DNA from: Christensenella sp. UBA7588
GTDB taxonomy: Bacteria; Bacillota; Clostridia; Christensenellales; CAG-917
Assembly (NCBI GenBank): GCA_002478945.1
Contig: DLKM01000020.1
Coordinates: 16,335-80,334, forward strand
DNA: 64,000 nt
Reading direction: 5' to 3'
This document shows, piece after piece, positions 19,064 through 28,269 of the stretch. A program made the translations under genes and the position numbers. Position 1 is the stretch's first letter; each line of letters starts with the position of its first letter. The notes below the pieces were generated by a model. That model was not told the DNA's origin, did not search any database, and saw only the letters and a list, made by a program, of their open reading frames with translations.

Positions 19064-20824
19064 ATGAAAACTATCAGACTTCGCACACCATTTGAAGTAG
19101 GTTCCACTCCGCTTTCGGAGTATCCGCGTCCGCAATTTGCAAGAGACAGCTACGTCACGCTCAACGGCGAGTGGGATTACGCAATCTTGCGCAAAAGTGA
19201 AAAATTCGACGGCAAATATCAAGGCAAAATTCTCGTTCCGTTTTCTCCGGAATCCCTTCTTTCGGGACTTCCCGAAGGTACGAGAGTCACTCCGTCCGAC
19301 GTTCTTTACTATCATCGCACGTTCACGCTCGAACCTTCTTTCGTAAAAGCGCACACGGTCATTCATTTCGACGCTGTCGATATGATATGCGAGGTCAGAC
19401 TCAACGGCGTTTCCGTGGGCGAACATATCGGCGGTTACGTTCCGTTTTCTCTTGACGTTTCTTCCGTCGTAAAAGCAGGCGAAAACGTCGTAGAACTTGT
19501 CGTTACCGACCCTTGCGATACAAAGTATCACACTCACGCAAAACAATCGTCCAAACCGGGCGGAATCTGGTACACTCCGCAATCGGGCATCTGGCAAAGC
19601 GTATGGCTCGAGAGTATGGACGAAGTATATCTCAAAGACGTTACAATCGTCCCCGACATCGACCACGACACGATAAACTTCAAATTCGATAAATCCGCAA
19701 ACGAACCCGTCGACGTCATCATTATGGACGGCACGGAGGCAATCTACAGCGGCCGTTTCGACGGAGATACCGCGTCTATAAAACTCGACAAGTACGAGCT
19801 TTGGTCTCCCGAAAATCCGAAACTCTACGACGTCGCTTTCAAAATCGGAAACGACATCGTGAAATCTTACTTCGGTATGCGCAAATTCAGTTGGGTCATC
19901 GACTCGAAGGGCTACAAGCGTATGGGACTCAACAACAAGCCGTATTTCCACACGGGTTTGCTCGACCAAGGTTATTGGTCCGACGGTATGCTCACGCCTC
20001 CCTCCAACGCCGCGCTCGAATGGGACGTAAAAATGGTCAAATCGATGGGCTTCAATATGTTGCGTAAACATATCAAAATCGAGCCGCTCCGTTGGTACTA
20101 TCATTGCGACAAAGAGGGTATTCTCGTGTGGCAAGATATGGTCAGCGGCGGAAGCAAATACAATCTGTTCTACATAGGTTTGCTTGCAACCGTGTTCGAA
20201 TATCACATCAAAGACAACAACGAGTCCGGTTACAGAAAACTCGCACGCGCCGACAAAGAAGGCAGAGACGAATTTGAAAGAGAACTCAGAGTCACTATGA
20301 ATCATCTCAAAAACGTCGTTTCTCTCGCGGTATGGGTACCCTTCAACGAAGGTTGGGGACAATTCGATTCCGTTCGCATCACAAAAGAGATGAAAGCAAT
20401 CGACCCCACCCGCCTTATCGACAGCGTAAGCGGTTGGAACGACCAAGGCAAAGGCACTTCCGACACAAAGAGTTTGCACATCTACTTCAAGCCGATTTTC
20501 GTTCCCAAAAAAGACGACCGTTGCTATGTGCTTAGCGAGTTCGGCGGATACGCAATCAAGACCGAAGGACATATGTACAGCCCCAACAATCAATTCGGCT
20601 ATCGCATCTACAAAAAGCCCGAGACGATTGCGGCGGCAATCAAGAAGTTGTACGAAACCAAAATCGTTCCCAAAATCGACAAAGGTTTGTCCGCTTGCGT
20701 CTACACCGAAGTGAGCGACGTCGAACAAGAAATGAACGGTCTCGTTACCTATGACAGAAAAGTCATCAAGGTACCTGTCGATTTGATGCGCGACATCAAC
20801 AAACAACTCGTTATCAAAGATTAA
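19064..20824 (+). CDS. glycoside hydrolase family 2 (beta-galactosidase/glucuronidase-like)
   Basis: ATG at 19064 after GGAGG. EYPRPQFARDSYVTLNGEWDY start, sugar-binding/Ig/TIM-barrel order and the NEGWGQFD acid/base region. Confidence 0.8.
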   Translation: MKTIRLRTPFEVGSTPLSEYPRPQFARDSYVTLNGEWDYAILRKSEKFDGKYQGKILVPFSPESLLSGLPEGTRVTPSDVLYYHRTFTLEPSFVKAHTVIHFDAVDMICEVRLNGVSVGEHIGGYVPFSLDVSSVVKAGENVVELVVTDPCDTKYHTHAKQSSKPGGIWYTPQSGIWQSVWLESMDEVYLKDVTIVPDIDHDTINFKFDKSANEPVDVIIMDGTEAIYSGRFDGDTASIKLDKYELWSPENPKLYDVAFKIGNDIVKSYFGMRKFSWVIDSKGYKRMGLNNKPYFHTGLLDQGYWSDGMLTPPSNAALEWDVKMVKSMGFNMLRKHIKIEPLRWYYHCDKEGILVWQDMVSGGSKYNLFYIGLLATVFEYHIKDNNESGYRKLARADKEGRDEFERELRVTMNHLKNVVSLAVWVPFNEGWGQFDSVRITKEMKAIDPTRLIDSVSGWNDQGKGTSDTKSLHIYFKPIFVPKKDDRCYVLSEFGGYAIKTEGHMYSPNNQFGYRIYKKPETIAAAIKKLYETKIVPKIDKGLSACVYTEVSDVEQEMNGLVTYDRKVIKVPVDLMRDINKQLVIKD

Positions 20825-20898
20825 TATAACAAAACGACGCTTTACACTTGCATATCGCAGGTGTAAAGTGCCGATTATACACAAAAGGCGCAAAAACT

Positions 20899-21729
20899 AT
20901 GAGCATTGCTGATAAAATATTTATCGATACTTGCAGACAAATTCTTGACGAAGGCATAAGCGACGAAGGTCTCGACGTCCGCCCCAAATGGCTCGACGGA
21001 ACGCCTGCGCACACCATAAAAAAGTTTTGTATCGTCAACAGATACGACCTTTCCAAAGAATTCCCCATTATCACGCTTCGACGCACCGCTTTCAAATCCG
21101 CAATAGACGAAATTTTGTGGATTTGGCAAAAAAAGAGCAACAATGTCCACGACCTCAATTCGCATATTTGGGACAGTTGGGCTGACGAAACGGGTTCTAT
21201 CGGCAAGGCATACGGCTACCAACTCGGCATCAAAAGCGTATATCCCGAGGGCGAATTCGACCAAGTAGACAGGGTGCTTTACGACCTCAAACACAATCCG
21301 CAATCGAGACGCATTCTTACCAACATCTACAACTTCCAAGATTTGCACGAAATGCACCTCTACCCCTGCGCGTATTCGATGACGTTCAACGTCACGGGCA
21401 ACAAACTCAACGGAATACTCAATCAACGCAGTCAGGATACGCTTACGGCAAACAACTGGAACGTCGTGCAATACGCGGTACTCCTGCATATGTTTGCGCA
21501 AGTGAGCGGACTCAAAGTCGGCGAATTCGTACACGTCATAAGCGACGCGCATATCTACGACCGCCACGTCCCGATTGTAGAGGAAATTTTGAAAAACCCG
21601 CAGTACCCTGCGCCCACTTTCAAAATGAACAAAGACGTCAAAAACTTCTACGATTTTACTGTAGACGATTTCGAACTCGAAAACTATCAATACACCAAAC
21701 TCGACAAAAAAATCGAAGTCGCAATCTGA
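20899..21729 (+). CDS. thyA: thymidylate synthase
   Basis: ILWIWQKKSNNV, LYPCAYSMTFNV (catalytic Cys) and NQRSQD motifs. The likely start is the ATG at 20899. Confidence 0.9.
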   Translation: MSIADKIFIDTCRQILDEGISDEGLDVRPKWLDGTPAHTIKKFCIVNRYDLSKEFPIITLRRTAFKSAIDEILWIWQKKSNNVHDLNSHIWDSWADETGSIGKAYGYQLGIKSVYPEGEFDQVDRVLYDLKHNPQSRRILTNIYNFQDLHEMHLYPCAYSMTFNVTGNKLNGILNQRSQDTLTANNWNVVQYAVLLHMFAQVSGLKVGEFVHVISDAHIYDRHVPIVEEILKNPQYPAPTFKMNKDVKNFYDFTVDDFELENYQYTKLDKKIEVAI

Positions 21730-21742
21730 TTGAAAAGATAAT

Positions 21743-22255
21743 ATGAAAACTATATTTGCAGTCGATAAAAAATGGGGATTGGGCAAAAACAACGATTTAC
21801 TGTTCAATCTAAAAGCCGATATGCGCCACTTCGTCGAAAATACGCGCGGTAAGGTCGTCGTAATGGGTAGCAATACCCTCTTGTCTTTCCCGGGCGGTAT
21901 GCCCCTCAAGAACCGCGTAAACATCGTTCTCAACCCAAACGGCGAGCAATCCGACGCCGACGCGAAAGGTTATGTGCTTGTCAAATCTCTCGACGAGCTG
22001 TTTAACGAGATAAAAAAATACGACGGCGACAACGTTTACGTAATCGGCGGAGCAATGATGTATCGCACGATGCTTCCCTACTGTGACACCGCAATCGTAA
22101 CGAAAGTCGACGCCGACGGCGACGCGCAAGTTTTCCACCAAAACCTCGACGAACTTCCCGACTGGCATCTGACTTCGCAAAGCGACCCCATCGACGACAA
22201 CGGCTACTCCATTCGTTTTTGCACCTACAAAAACGACAACGTAAAACCGTATTGA
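21743..22255 (+). CDS. folA: dihydrofolate reductase
   Basis: IFAVDKKWGLGKNNDLLFNLKADMRHF and VVVMGSNT motifs. thyA-folA pairing. Confidence 0.9.
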   Translation: MKTIFAVDKKWGLGKNNDLLFNLKADMRHFVENTRGKVVVMGSNTLLSFPGGMPLKNRVNIVLNPNGEQSDADAKGYVLVKSLDELFNEIKKYDGDNVYVIGGAMMYRTMLPYCDTAIVTKVDADGDAQVFHQNLDELPDWHLTSQSDPIDDNGYSIRFCTYKNDNVKPY

Positions 22256-22293
22256 CATCTTTCCCTTACCGATTTTTAATTCATCTTATAAAT

Positions 22294-22321
22294 AAAAGGC
22301 ACTCGAACAAGTGCCTTTTTA
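22294..22321 (+). terminator. rho-independent terminator after folA
   Basis: AAAAGGCAC-tcgaacaa-GTGCCTTTTT. Confidence 0.8.
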
Positions 22322-22579
22322 AATATTAAATATTGACATACCAAGGCATTATATGTTATCGTAAAAATAAAAGAACCCTCTAAGAGAGCTCATTTACTAG
22401 CGAACATATCGCCTAATCTTTTGCTGTGACTCAAGAATGTCACATACGATGACACTTACTTACAAAGCAAGGTGGTCATCGTCACAATGAGAACCTGATA
22501 ATTGTCGCCTCAGCCTCAATGCTATAACAAGTTTTTCATATACTTACAAAGTTTATATGTTACTTGCTTATATAGTATA

Positions 22580-24163
22580 TTATTTTCTTGTTATTTTGTC
22601 AAACGTTTTTTCACAAGAATTTGTATTTTTAAAAAGAAGTCTATTTTTAGCCATTTTAATACTCAGACATGTCCAAAGAATAACACCGATATTTACTGCA
22701 AGTAGTAACGGAAAAACTATAGCGTTTACCACCTTGTCGTTTTTGCTCAACTCTTCAAATCTTATCATATGATTTAAATAACCGACAATAATGTTTATTG
22801 CCGTTGTAACAGAAAAAGCAAAGAGTATTTTGTTTCTGTTTTTTTCTCTTGAAGTACGAGCATAATTTTGTAACGGAGTAATCGAATCCACATATTCGTT
22901 GAGCAGCTTATTGATTTCAAATCTTTCTCTTAAGTAGTCATATATAGTCTCGACATCTGTTTTATTAGAAATGCTTTCAAAAACATACCTGCGTCTAAAG
23001 TTGGTATAATTAATCTCCTCTTGCCTCAATCTACACCTCAAGAACCGAGAACGAGAGAACGAATGTGCGCTATCGATTTTCATCAACTCGTTAGATAAAG
23101 AACTAAGCGCGTATTTTTGATGTAATACAAAGATGAGACAAAACCACGCAGCTTGGTCATTAATCTCCCATCTGTATGAACCGACTCTAATTAATGAATT
23201 AGACTCCGCAAATATGTATTTTGTCGCCTTTTTGCTATTGTTATATATCAAAAACTTGTCTCCGCAATATAAAGGTTGTCCATCCGTTACGGTTGCTTGG
23301 CGTATACTTTTCCCAAAATAAAATTTACTACTGTTTGCAAGTTTTATCGTAATGTAAGAAAATGGTTTTTTATCAAAAAAATCACAAAACTCGTCCTCAT
23401 TTTCATAAATTCCTTCGCTGCATCGCAAGAAAATCTTCTTTGTTACATCACATAACCATTCAAAATTCATTCTTGAGCGTATTCCGTCACAGAATTTAAC
23501 GATAAGGTCGTCGGCAACGTTAATTGTATGCCAATTAAATCTATACTTCCATTCAAAAAAACCTATTCCGGATTCAAACAGGTACAAATGCGCTTCTTCA
23601 AATTCTATTTCTAAAAACTCTTTGGCAGTTCCTTTAGGCACTTTTTCCAAAAGCATTTTATTGAGCGCATTCACCGATTCTTCATCTAACATTGATAAGT
23701 CAAATCTAAACAAACCGAACATAATAGTATTCGGCGTCTTATTCGTATTATCAAATATATCTACGATTTCAGTATGCATACGGGCATTGAGATTTATGAA
23801 AACCTCTTCGTTTTTAACATTGTTACTACGCGCACCTACGGTATTCTGTTGTTTGATAATACCATCAATATTCGAAAAATTACTGTAAATATTGTTGAAT
23901 TTTTGAGGCTCGACGTAGAATTTGAAAGGGAACACTAGCCTAACGTGATGATATTGAGCATCTACACGCCTGCAATCTAAATCGTTATTTTTTGTTCCTT
24001 CGCCGTTTGCCTCTTGAGATTGCTTAGCATCCTGACTTTCTTGTTCTTCGTTGAGTATTTGAATAATGTCAGCCGATATTACTTTTGATAGATTTTCCTT
24101 AGGACATTCTTTTGTAATTTTGACTTGCTTTGTTGATTCTTTGATTTTAGTTTTATTTCGCAT
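22580..24163 (-). CDS. CorA-like two-TM membrane protein with large unknown N-terminal cytoplasmic domain
   Basis: C-terminus NRNKILFAFSVTTAINIIVGYLNHMIRFEEL ... VVNAIVFPLLLAVNIGVILWTCL parallels the CorA TM1-(Y)GMN-loop-TM2 layout, with GMN degenerated to LNHM. It is preceded by long helical segments. Confidence 0.4.
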   Translation of the reverse strand: MRNKTKIKESTKQVKITKECPKENLSKVISADIIQILNEEQESQDAKQSQEANGEGTKNNDLDCRRVDAQYHHVRLVFPFKFYVEPQKFNNIYSNFSNIDGIIKQQNTVGARSNNVKNEEVFINLNARMHTEIVDIFDNTNKTPNTIMFGLFRFDLSMLDEESVNALNKMLLEKVPKGTAKEFLEIEFEEAHLYLFESGIGFFEWKYRFNWHTINVADDLIVKFCDGIRSRMNFEWLCDVTKKIFLRCSEGIYENEDEFCDFFDKKPFSYITIKLANSSKFYFGKSIRQATVTDGQPLYCGDKFLIYNNSKKATKYIFAESNSLIRVGSYRWEINDQAAWFCLIFVLHQKYALSSLSNELMKIDSAHSFSRSRFLRCRLRQEEINYTNFRRRYVFESISNKTDVETIYDYLRERFEINKLLNEYVDSITPLQNYARTSREKNRNKILFAFSVTTAINIIVGYLNHMIRFEELSKNDKVVNAIVFPLLLAVNIGVILWTCLSIKMAKNRLLFKNTNSCEKTFDKITRK

Positions 24164-24324
24164 ATGTAATTTTCCTTCGTTTTATCGATATTAATAGTTT
24201 GTCCGTGTCTTTTCGGCCTTATATTATTTGCAGTTCTTCCGTCATTCTTTTTCTCCCCGTTTCAATTTCTAACGATACTTCTATATATAGATACAAAAAG
24301 CACCCCGAAATGTGACAAAAAAAT

Positions 24325-24354
24325 AAAAAAACCGACATTTTTATGTCGGTTTTT
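24325..24354. terminator. bidirectional rho-independent terminator
   Basis: AAAAAACCGACAT-tttt-ATGTCGGTTTTT downstream of the 24372..25049 gene. Confidence 0.8.
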
Positions 24355-24371
24355 AATTGACATTGCATTGT

Positions 24372-25049
24372 TCAGCTAATAACGTTACTTAGATATGCCA
24401 AAAAGTTGTTTTTTCTTTCGAAATCGACCCCGCTATATTCAACATAAACTCGTTCTTTTTCGGTAAATATTTCTCCTTCCGTATCCACATAAAACAAGTT
24501 ATCGTCTTCCGTATACCTTTCGGTATATGAAACGGAATAATCGGCCACCGTTTCGTTTATTCTCGTTCCTACAATGGGGAAAGGAAGCGTATAATCATCA
24601 TTCACTACAACAAATATCGTAATAGACTCCATTGTTGAATCGTCATTATAAATAATAACGTAATAAAGCGTTTCATTATAGTACGCGTCTACAACTTTAC
24701 TTATCATAATACCATTCAAATTATTTATGGTAATATGTTCGACGGCATCGTTGACTTCCTCGACCGAGGACGAAACCGTTTTTTGATTCTCTTGTGCATA
24801 ATACTTAGAATCGCCTTGTTCGTGAGTTCCGTTATTTGCACTCGGATTGATTAAAAACACACATAAAAGTACTATAACCATCGTTGCCGCGCATACTGCC
24901 GCCGACAATACGATTATAGATTTTTTATGCATTTTCTGATTTTTAGCATTCTGCTTTCTTTTACTTTTCAAAGATTCAAGGAACGCATCATCCCGTAACA
25001 AAGATAATTGCTCGTCCGCATATTTTTCAAGTTCTTTGTCTCTTTTCAT
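24372..25049 (-). CDS. single-pass membrane protein (possible anti-sigma/partner of the upstream ECF sigma)
   Basis: About 44-aa charged cytoplasmic N-terminus, then TM IIVLSAAVCAATMVIVLLCVFLI, then a ~155-aa extracytoplasmic domain. No zf-HC2 motif. Last gene of the sigma operon. Confidence 0.4.
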   Translation of the reverse strand: MKRDKELEKYADEQLSLLRDDAFLESLKSKRKQNAKNQKMHKKSIIVLSAAVCAATMVIVLLCVFLINPSANNGTHEQGDSKYYAQENQKTVSSSVEEVNDAVEHITINNLNGIMISKVVDAYYNETLYYVIIYNDDSTMESITIFVVVNDDYTLPFPIVGTRINETVADYSVSYTERYTEDDNLFYVDTEGEIFTEKERVYVEYSGVDFERKNNFLAYLSNVIS

Positions 25050-25057
25050 TATTCTCC

Positions 25058-26248
25058 TTACGAGATGCTAATAGAAAAAGCATCGTCTATTTGAGTGTTA
25101 TAATTAATATTGAAATATCCGCGTTTGCATACGCTTAATCCCGAGCCGACAGCAATATATCTGTCTGTTCTGTTTATATTTCCGTTCAAAACATAACTTA
25201 TTTCTTTGTACCCGTAGCCCGTCATAGCGTGACATCCCGTACCGTTGATATACGAGATATCGTCAACGCCATCGCTACTTGAAATGGTAGCTATATTGAA
25301 TGTGTCAAGGAACAATACTATCGGCATTCCCGATTCGAGATATTCTTTAGTTTTTATGTAATCGAATTTATTGTTTGACATACAGGAACTATATGAAATA
25401 GTATAACCTTGTCTTGAACAAAACGTATTCATGCCGTTTATAAATTGATTAACCGACGTCCCCGGTTTTATAGTGTTTGTACCCATATCTTGGTACAACT
25501 GAACAACGACAGAGTTTAGCGTATCGCTTACCTCTTTGTATAAATATGAATTTCCGATTTTTGCATATGGCGTATAGTTCGGTATAAGTTCTGTGCAAAA
25601 CCTGTCCCAATACTGGATAATGCCACCGCCCGCAATCGGACCGCACGCATTAGGATAATTCGCGACCTCAGATAAAGCGGGATATTTTACCGCTAAATCC
25701 TTTTTATTCTCCTGTTTGCTCACAAACGATATAGATTCGCTTGCTGTCGTAATTGTAATTTCGGAAGATGCATAATATGCGTTATCCCTTATTCTGTTTA
25801 ATGTAATCTCGTCCAAACATTTGTTTGATTGAACCATATAATGCTTTCCGTTTGCATAACGCAAATACAGCATATTATTGGCATATACTCTATACTCGTC
25901 TTGAGCAATATCGCGATATGGATTGTCCGCGTCGAAAAACACTTCTGCGATTTCGTACATACCGTTTGAATTTATCAATATCGCATAACCTTTTTCATCG
26001 TTCACGGTAAAATCGTAAACAAAACCAAATTGCACGAGTTCGATGTCATACAACGGTTCTTTTGTTGCAGAAACTCTTATATCGTTTTGATAGTTTTCAT
26101 ATGCCAATTTTTCAATATTCTCTATAAAAATTGCATCGAACTCATCGCCGTTAATTTCCATTGCGGAAGCAATCTGAATATCTTGATTAAAAAATCCGAC
26201 ACACAAAGCAATCATTATAATAGCGAGTAAAATAAAAAGTTTTTTCAT
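25058..26248 (-). CDS. secreted papain-fold (C39-like) cysteine peptidase candidate with N-terminal pro-like domain
   Basis: Signal peptide MKKLFILLAIIMIALCVGF...ASA. YPNACGPIAGGGIIQYW (Cys) and GCHAMTGYGY (His) resemble the NxCGP...H..GY arrangement of C39-like peptidases. Confidence 0.45.
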   Translation of the reverse strand: MKKLFILLAIIMIALCVGFFNQDIQIASAMEINGDEFDAIFIENIEKLAYENYQNDIRVSATKEPLYDIELVQFGFVYDFTVNDEKGYAILINSNGMYEIAEVFFDADNPYRDIAQDEYRVYANNMLYLRYANGKHYMVQSNKCLDEITLNRIRDNAYYASSEITITTASESISFVSKQENKKDLAVKYPALSEVANYPNACGPIAGGGIIQYWDRFCTELIPNYTPYAKIGNSYLYKEVSDTLNSVVVQLYQDMGTNTIKPGTSVNQFINGMNTFCSRQGYTISYSSCMSNNKFDYIKTKEYLESGMPIVLFLDTFNIATISSSDGVDDISYINGTGCHAMTGYGYKEISYVLNGNINRTDRYIAVGSGLSVCKRGYFNINYNTQIDDAFSISIS

Positions 26249-26286
26249 ATAGCTTTTCTCCTATGCGTTTCTATTTAATAGATACA

Positions 26287-26844
26287 TTACGATTGAGTTT
26301 TTGTGACATCGTTTAATAACTTTTTAATTTTTTTTATTGCTCGACTATGCTTCTTCCTTATTGTAGCAGGATTGATTCCTATTATTCGAGATATTTCGAC
26401 TTGATTATAACCCTCCCAATAAAAAAGTTTCAAAATGCGTTGAGAAACATCATCCAGTTGTCTAATCGCATAAAGTATATCCCCCGTCCATACCTCTTCG
26501 ATTTCACATTTCGCATCAAACGAATCCACATCTGAAAGGACATATTTAGATTCACAACTAATCTTTCTTTTAGCGATATTTTCACAACAAGCATAAACCC
26601 AAGCGGTAGGATACGAAACGAACCCCTGCTTTTCGGAAACAGTAATTAGTTTTATAAAAAACTCTTGCGCAATATCCCTCGATAGTTCGTACCCGTATAA
26701 ATTCTCAAAGTGATGAATAATTCTGCTATAATAAAAATCATATAGTTTTTCGATTGATTCATCACTTTCTTTTATATTGCGAAGATGGTAGTTAAATTCT
26801 ACAGGGTTCATAAACTTTCCTAACACACTTATATGGCTTTTCAT
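26287..26844 (-). CDS. ECF-type sigma-70 family RNA polymerase sigma factor
   Basis: Region 2 (DIAQEFFIKL...PTAWVYACCENIAKRK) and region 4 HTH (LFYWEGYNQVEISRIIGINPATIRKKHSRAIKKIK). The start could instead be Met12. Confidence 0.75.
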   Translation of the reverse strand: MKSHISVLGKFMNPVEFNYHLRNIKESDESIEKLYDFYYSRIIHHFENLYGYELSRDIAQEFFIKLITVSEKQGFVSYPTAWVYACCENIAKRKISCESKYVLSDVDSFDAKCEIEEVWTGDILYAIRQLDDVSQRILKLFYWEGYNQVEISRIIGINPATIRKKHSRAIKKIKKLLNDVTKTQS

Positions 26845-26928
26845 TTGCGGGGTACAAATTAAAACGTAATTATTTTAACACAGACATCGAAAATAGTAAA
26901 TGGGAGATTATTTATTTGTAAAATTTTA

Positions 26929-27069
26929 CGCGGTCTACGCTTCGCAAACGGCGTTTCACGCCTTTATGCTGCGCGCTTGCGACTCTCTTCACTTGCGGTC
27001 AGTCGGACTATGCAGTCCGAACAATGCAACGCATTGTTGTGCGCAATGCTTGCGCACAAATTCAAGTAT
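26929..27069. repeat. GC-rich hairpin repeat, copy A (short form)
   Basis: The 89-nt block 26981-27069 matches 29071-29159 with 8 mismatches by hand alignment. It contains three adjacent hairpins (27003-27020, 27021-27037, 27038-27058). Relative to copy B it lacks about 57 nt. Confidence 0.8.
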
Positions 27070-27089
27070 CGGGAACCGAACGGCAAAAT

Positions 27090-27121
27090 AAAAAGCACGG
27101 ATAAATCCGTGCTTATTTTTG
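27090..27121. terminator. bidirectional rho-independent terminator (ends the RNase III/peptide operon on the minus strand)
   Basis: AAGCACGG-ataaat-CCGTGCTT with A-rich 5' and T-rich 3' flanks. Confidence 0.75.
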
Positions 27122-27258
27122 TGTGTGCCAATACCTATTTGATACATTTTGCGTACATCTCTTAAAAAGCGCGTACAGTTTGTTCAAAATACGTACAGCA
27201 GAACTATTATGTTTTATTGTTATTATTCTCTGTTATTGCAAGTGTTATTTGCTATCAA

Positions 27259-27423
27259 CTACTTCTTGTGTCCTTGATAGTTCTTATTGTTTGGATTGCA
27301 TTGGTTAGAGCGGTTATTTTGATTAGCTCTATATGCCGAATTGTTAGGATTGTTTTGATTCGAATAATTGTTTATCTGCTGTTGCGTATGTGTTTTGCCG
27401 CTAACGCCATTTTGTTTACTCAT
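27259..27423 (-). CDS. 54-aa Asn/Gln-rich peptide with tandem SNQxNPNNxxY motif, translationally coupled to RNase III
   Basis: The ATG at 27423 overlaps the RNase III stop (ATGAGTAA), with a GGAGG 7 nt upstream. MSKQNGVSGKTHTQQQINNYSNQNNPNNSAYRANQNNRSNQCNPNNKNYQGHKK has 16 N and 8 Q of 54 residues. Confidence 0.6.
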   Translation of the reverse strand: MSKQNGVSGKTHTQQQINNYSNQNNPNNSAYRANQNNRSNQCNPNNKNYQGHKK

Positions 27424-28246
27424 TGACGTCTTCCTCCTTGAATTCATCAGGTATCCCGTAGTAATCGCAAAGGACTAAGTAGGCGGCATACCTTTTGGCT
27501 TCCTTCTTTGAAGTAGCGAGCCCAGTGTGGTACATAGACCAGCTTCTGATGTGGCATGTGCAAGACCACCAATATTTGCCATTTTGATACACCTGTTCCT
27601 CAGGAATATCATATTCAGGTACCGAGCATCTTCCGTGTTCCGCCAGCTCCTTTAGTGTGGTGACCGCATTTTCAAGTTTGAATTTATCTGGTCTTTCTTC
27701 TTCGGTGTCTACATCTTGTAAGAAATCTTCGATTTGTAGCATAAATTCAACAGAGTTTTGCAACTCATCAGGGTTCCAGTCGCTATCGATTGCAATCGCG
27801 CCTAGTATCGCCTCAAATAAATCAGCTTTGACTTTTTCTTGCTTTTCAACATGGTTATCGATATCGCTATCGCCCATATACATGTATTTTGCAAAGCCAA
27901 GTCTGTCTATTCTTTTAGCCAATGTCTTATTGGATACAATTTCTTTTTTCAGTTCGGTAAAATCCGCTTCATCCTTATGAGCTACAATGCAATATTCATC
28001 GTTGTCGTTCTCTTCGTCGTAATAATCTGATTGAGATTTTACGAAGCCGAATCTATCAGAGATAACTTTTACAACATAAAAATCCAAAACCTTATCGCCT
28101 AGAAATTCTAAAACCTCGTTATTCTCTCCACCGTATTGCGTAGAATAAGAGCTTCTTGTGAACGCTTGAAGCAATAGGTCGGTATTATTGAACCAGTAGC
28201 CAATTTTCTTTTGCACTTCGTCTAAATGATCGTTTAAGTTTTGCAT
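27416..28246 (-). CDS. ribonuclease III family protein (island-encoded, non-housekeeping context)
   Basis: RNase III signature NEVLEFLGDKVLD and second catalytic segment KADLFEAILGAIAIDS. C-terminal dsRBD-like ...LATSKKEAKRYAAYLVL. AGGAGGA RBS. Confidence 0.8.
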   Translation of the reverse strand: MQNLNDHLDEVQKKIGYWFNNTDLLLQAFTRSSYSTQYGGENNEVLEFLGDKVLDFYVVKVISDRFGFVKSQSDYYDEENDNDEYCIVAHKDEADFTELKKEIVSNKTLAKRIDRLGFAKYMYMGDSDIDNHVEKQEKVKADLFEAILGAIAIDSDWNPDELQNSVEFMLQIEDFLQDVDTEEERPDKFKLENAVTTLKELAEHGRCSVPEYDIPEEQVYQNGKYWWSCTCHIRSWSMYHTGLATSKKEAKRYAAYLVLCDYYGIPDEFKEEDVNE

Positions 28247-28269
28247 TTGTGTTTCCTCCTAAATGTATA

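Noticed and set aside
19040-20893. 617-aa ORF on the minus strand covering the whole GH2 gene
   Set aside because: It is exactly antisense to a gene with clear GH2 motifs, an RBS and a promoter. Its translation is R/V/F/C-rich and low in complexity, with no RBS. Long antisense stop-free frames are a codon-bias artefact.
27217-27426. 69-aa very hydrophobic plus-strand ORF (MLLFSVIASVICYQLLL...) antisense to the Asn-rich peptide gene
   Set aside because: It has a TTG start and no SD. Its hydrophobicity is the mirror image of AAT/AAC-rich codons on the other strand, where there is a GGAGG RBS and stop/start coupling to RNase III. A type-I-toxin-like reading cannot be fully excluded without expression data.
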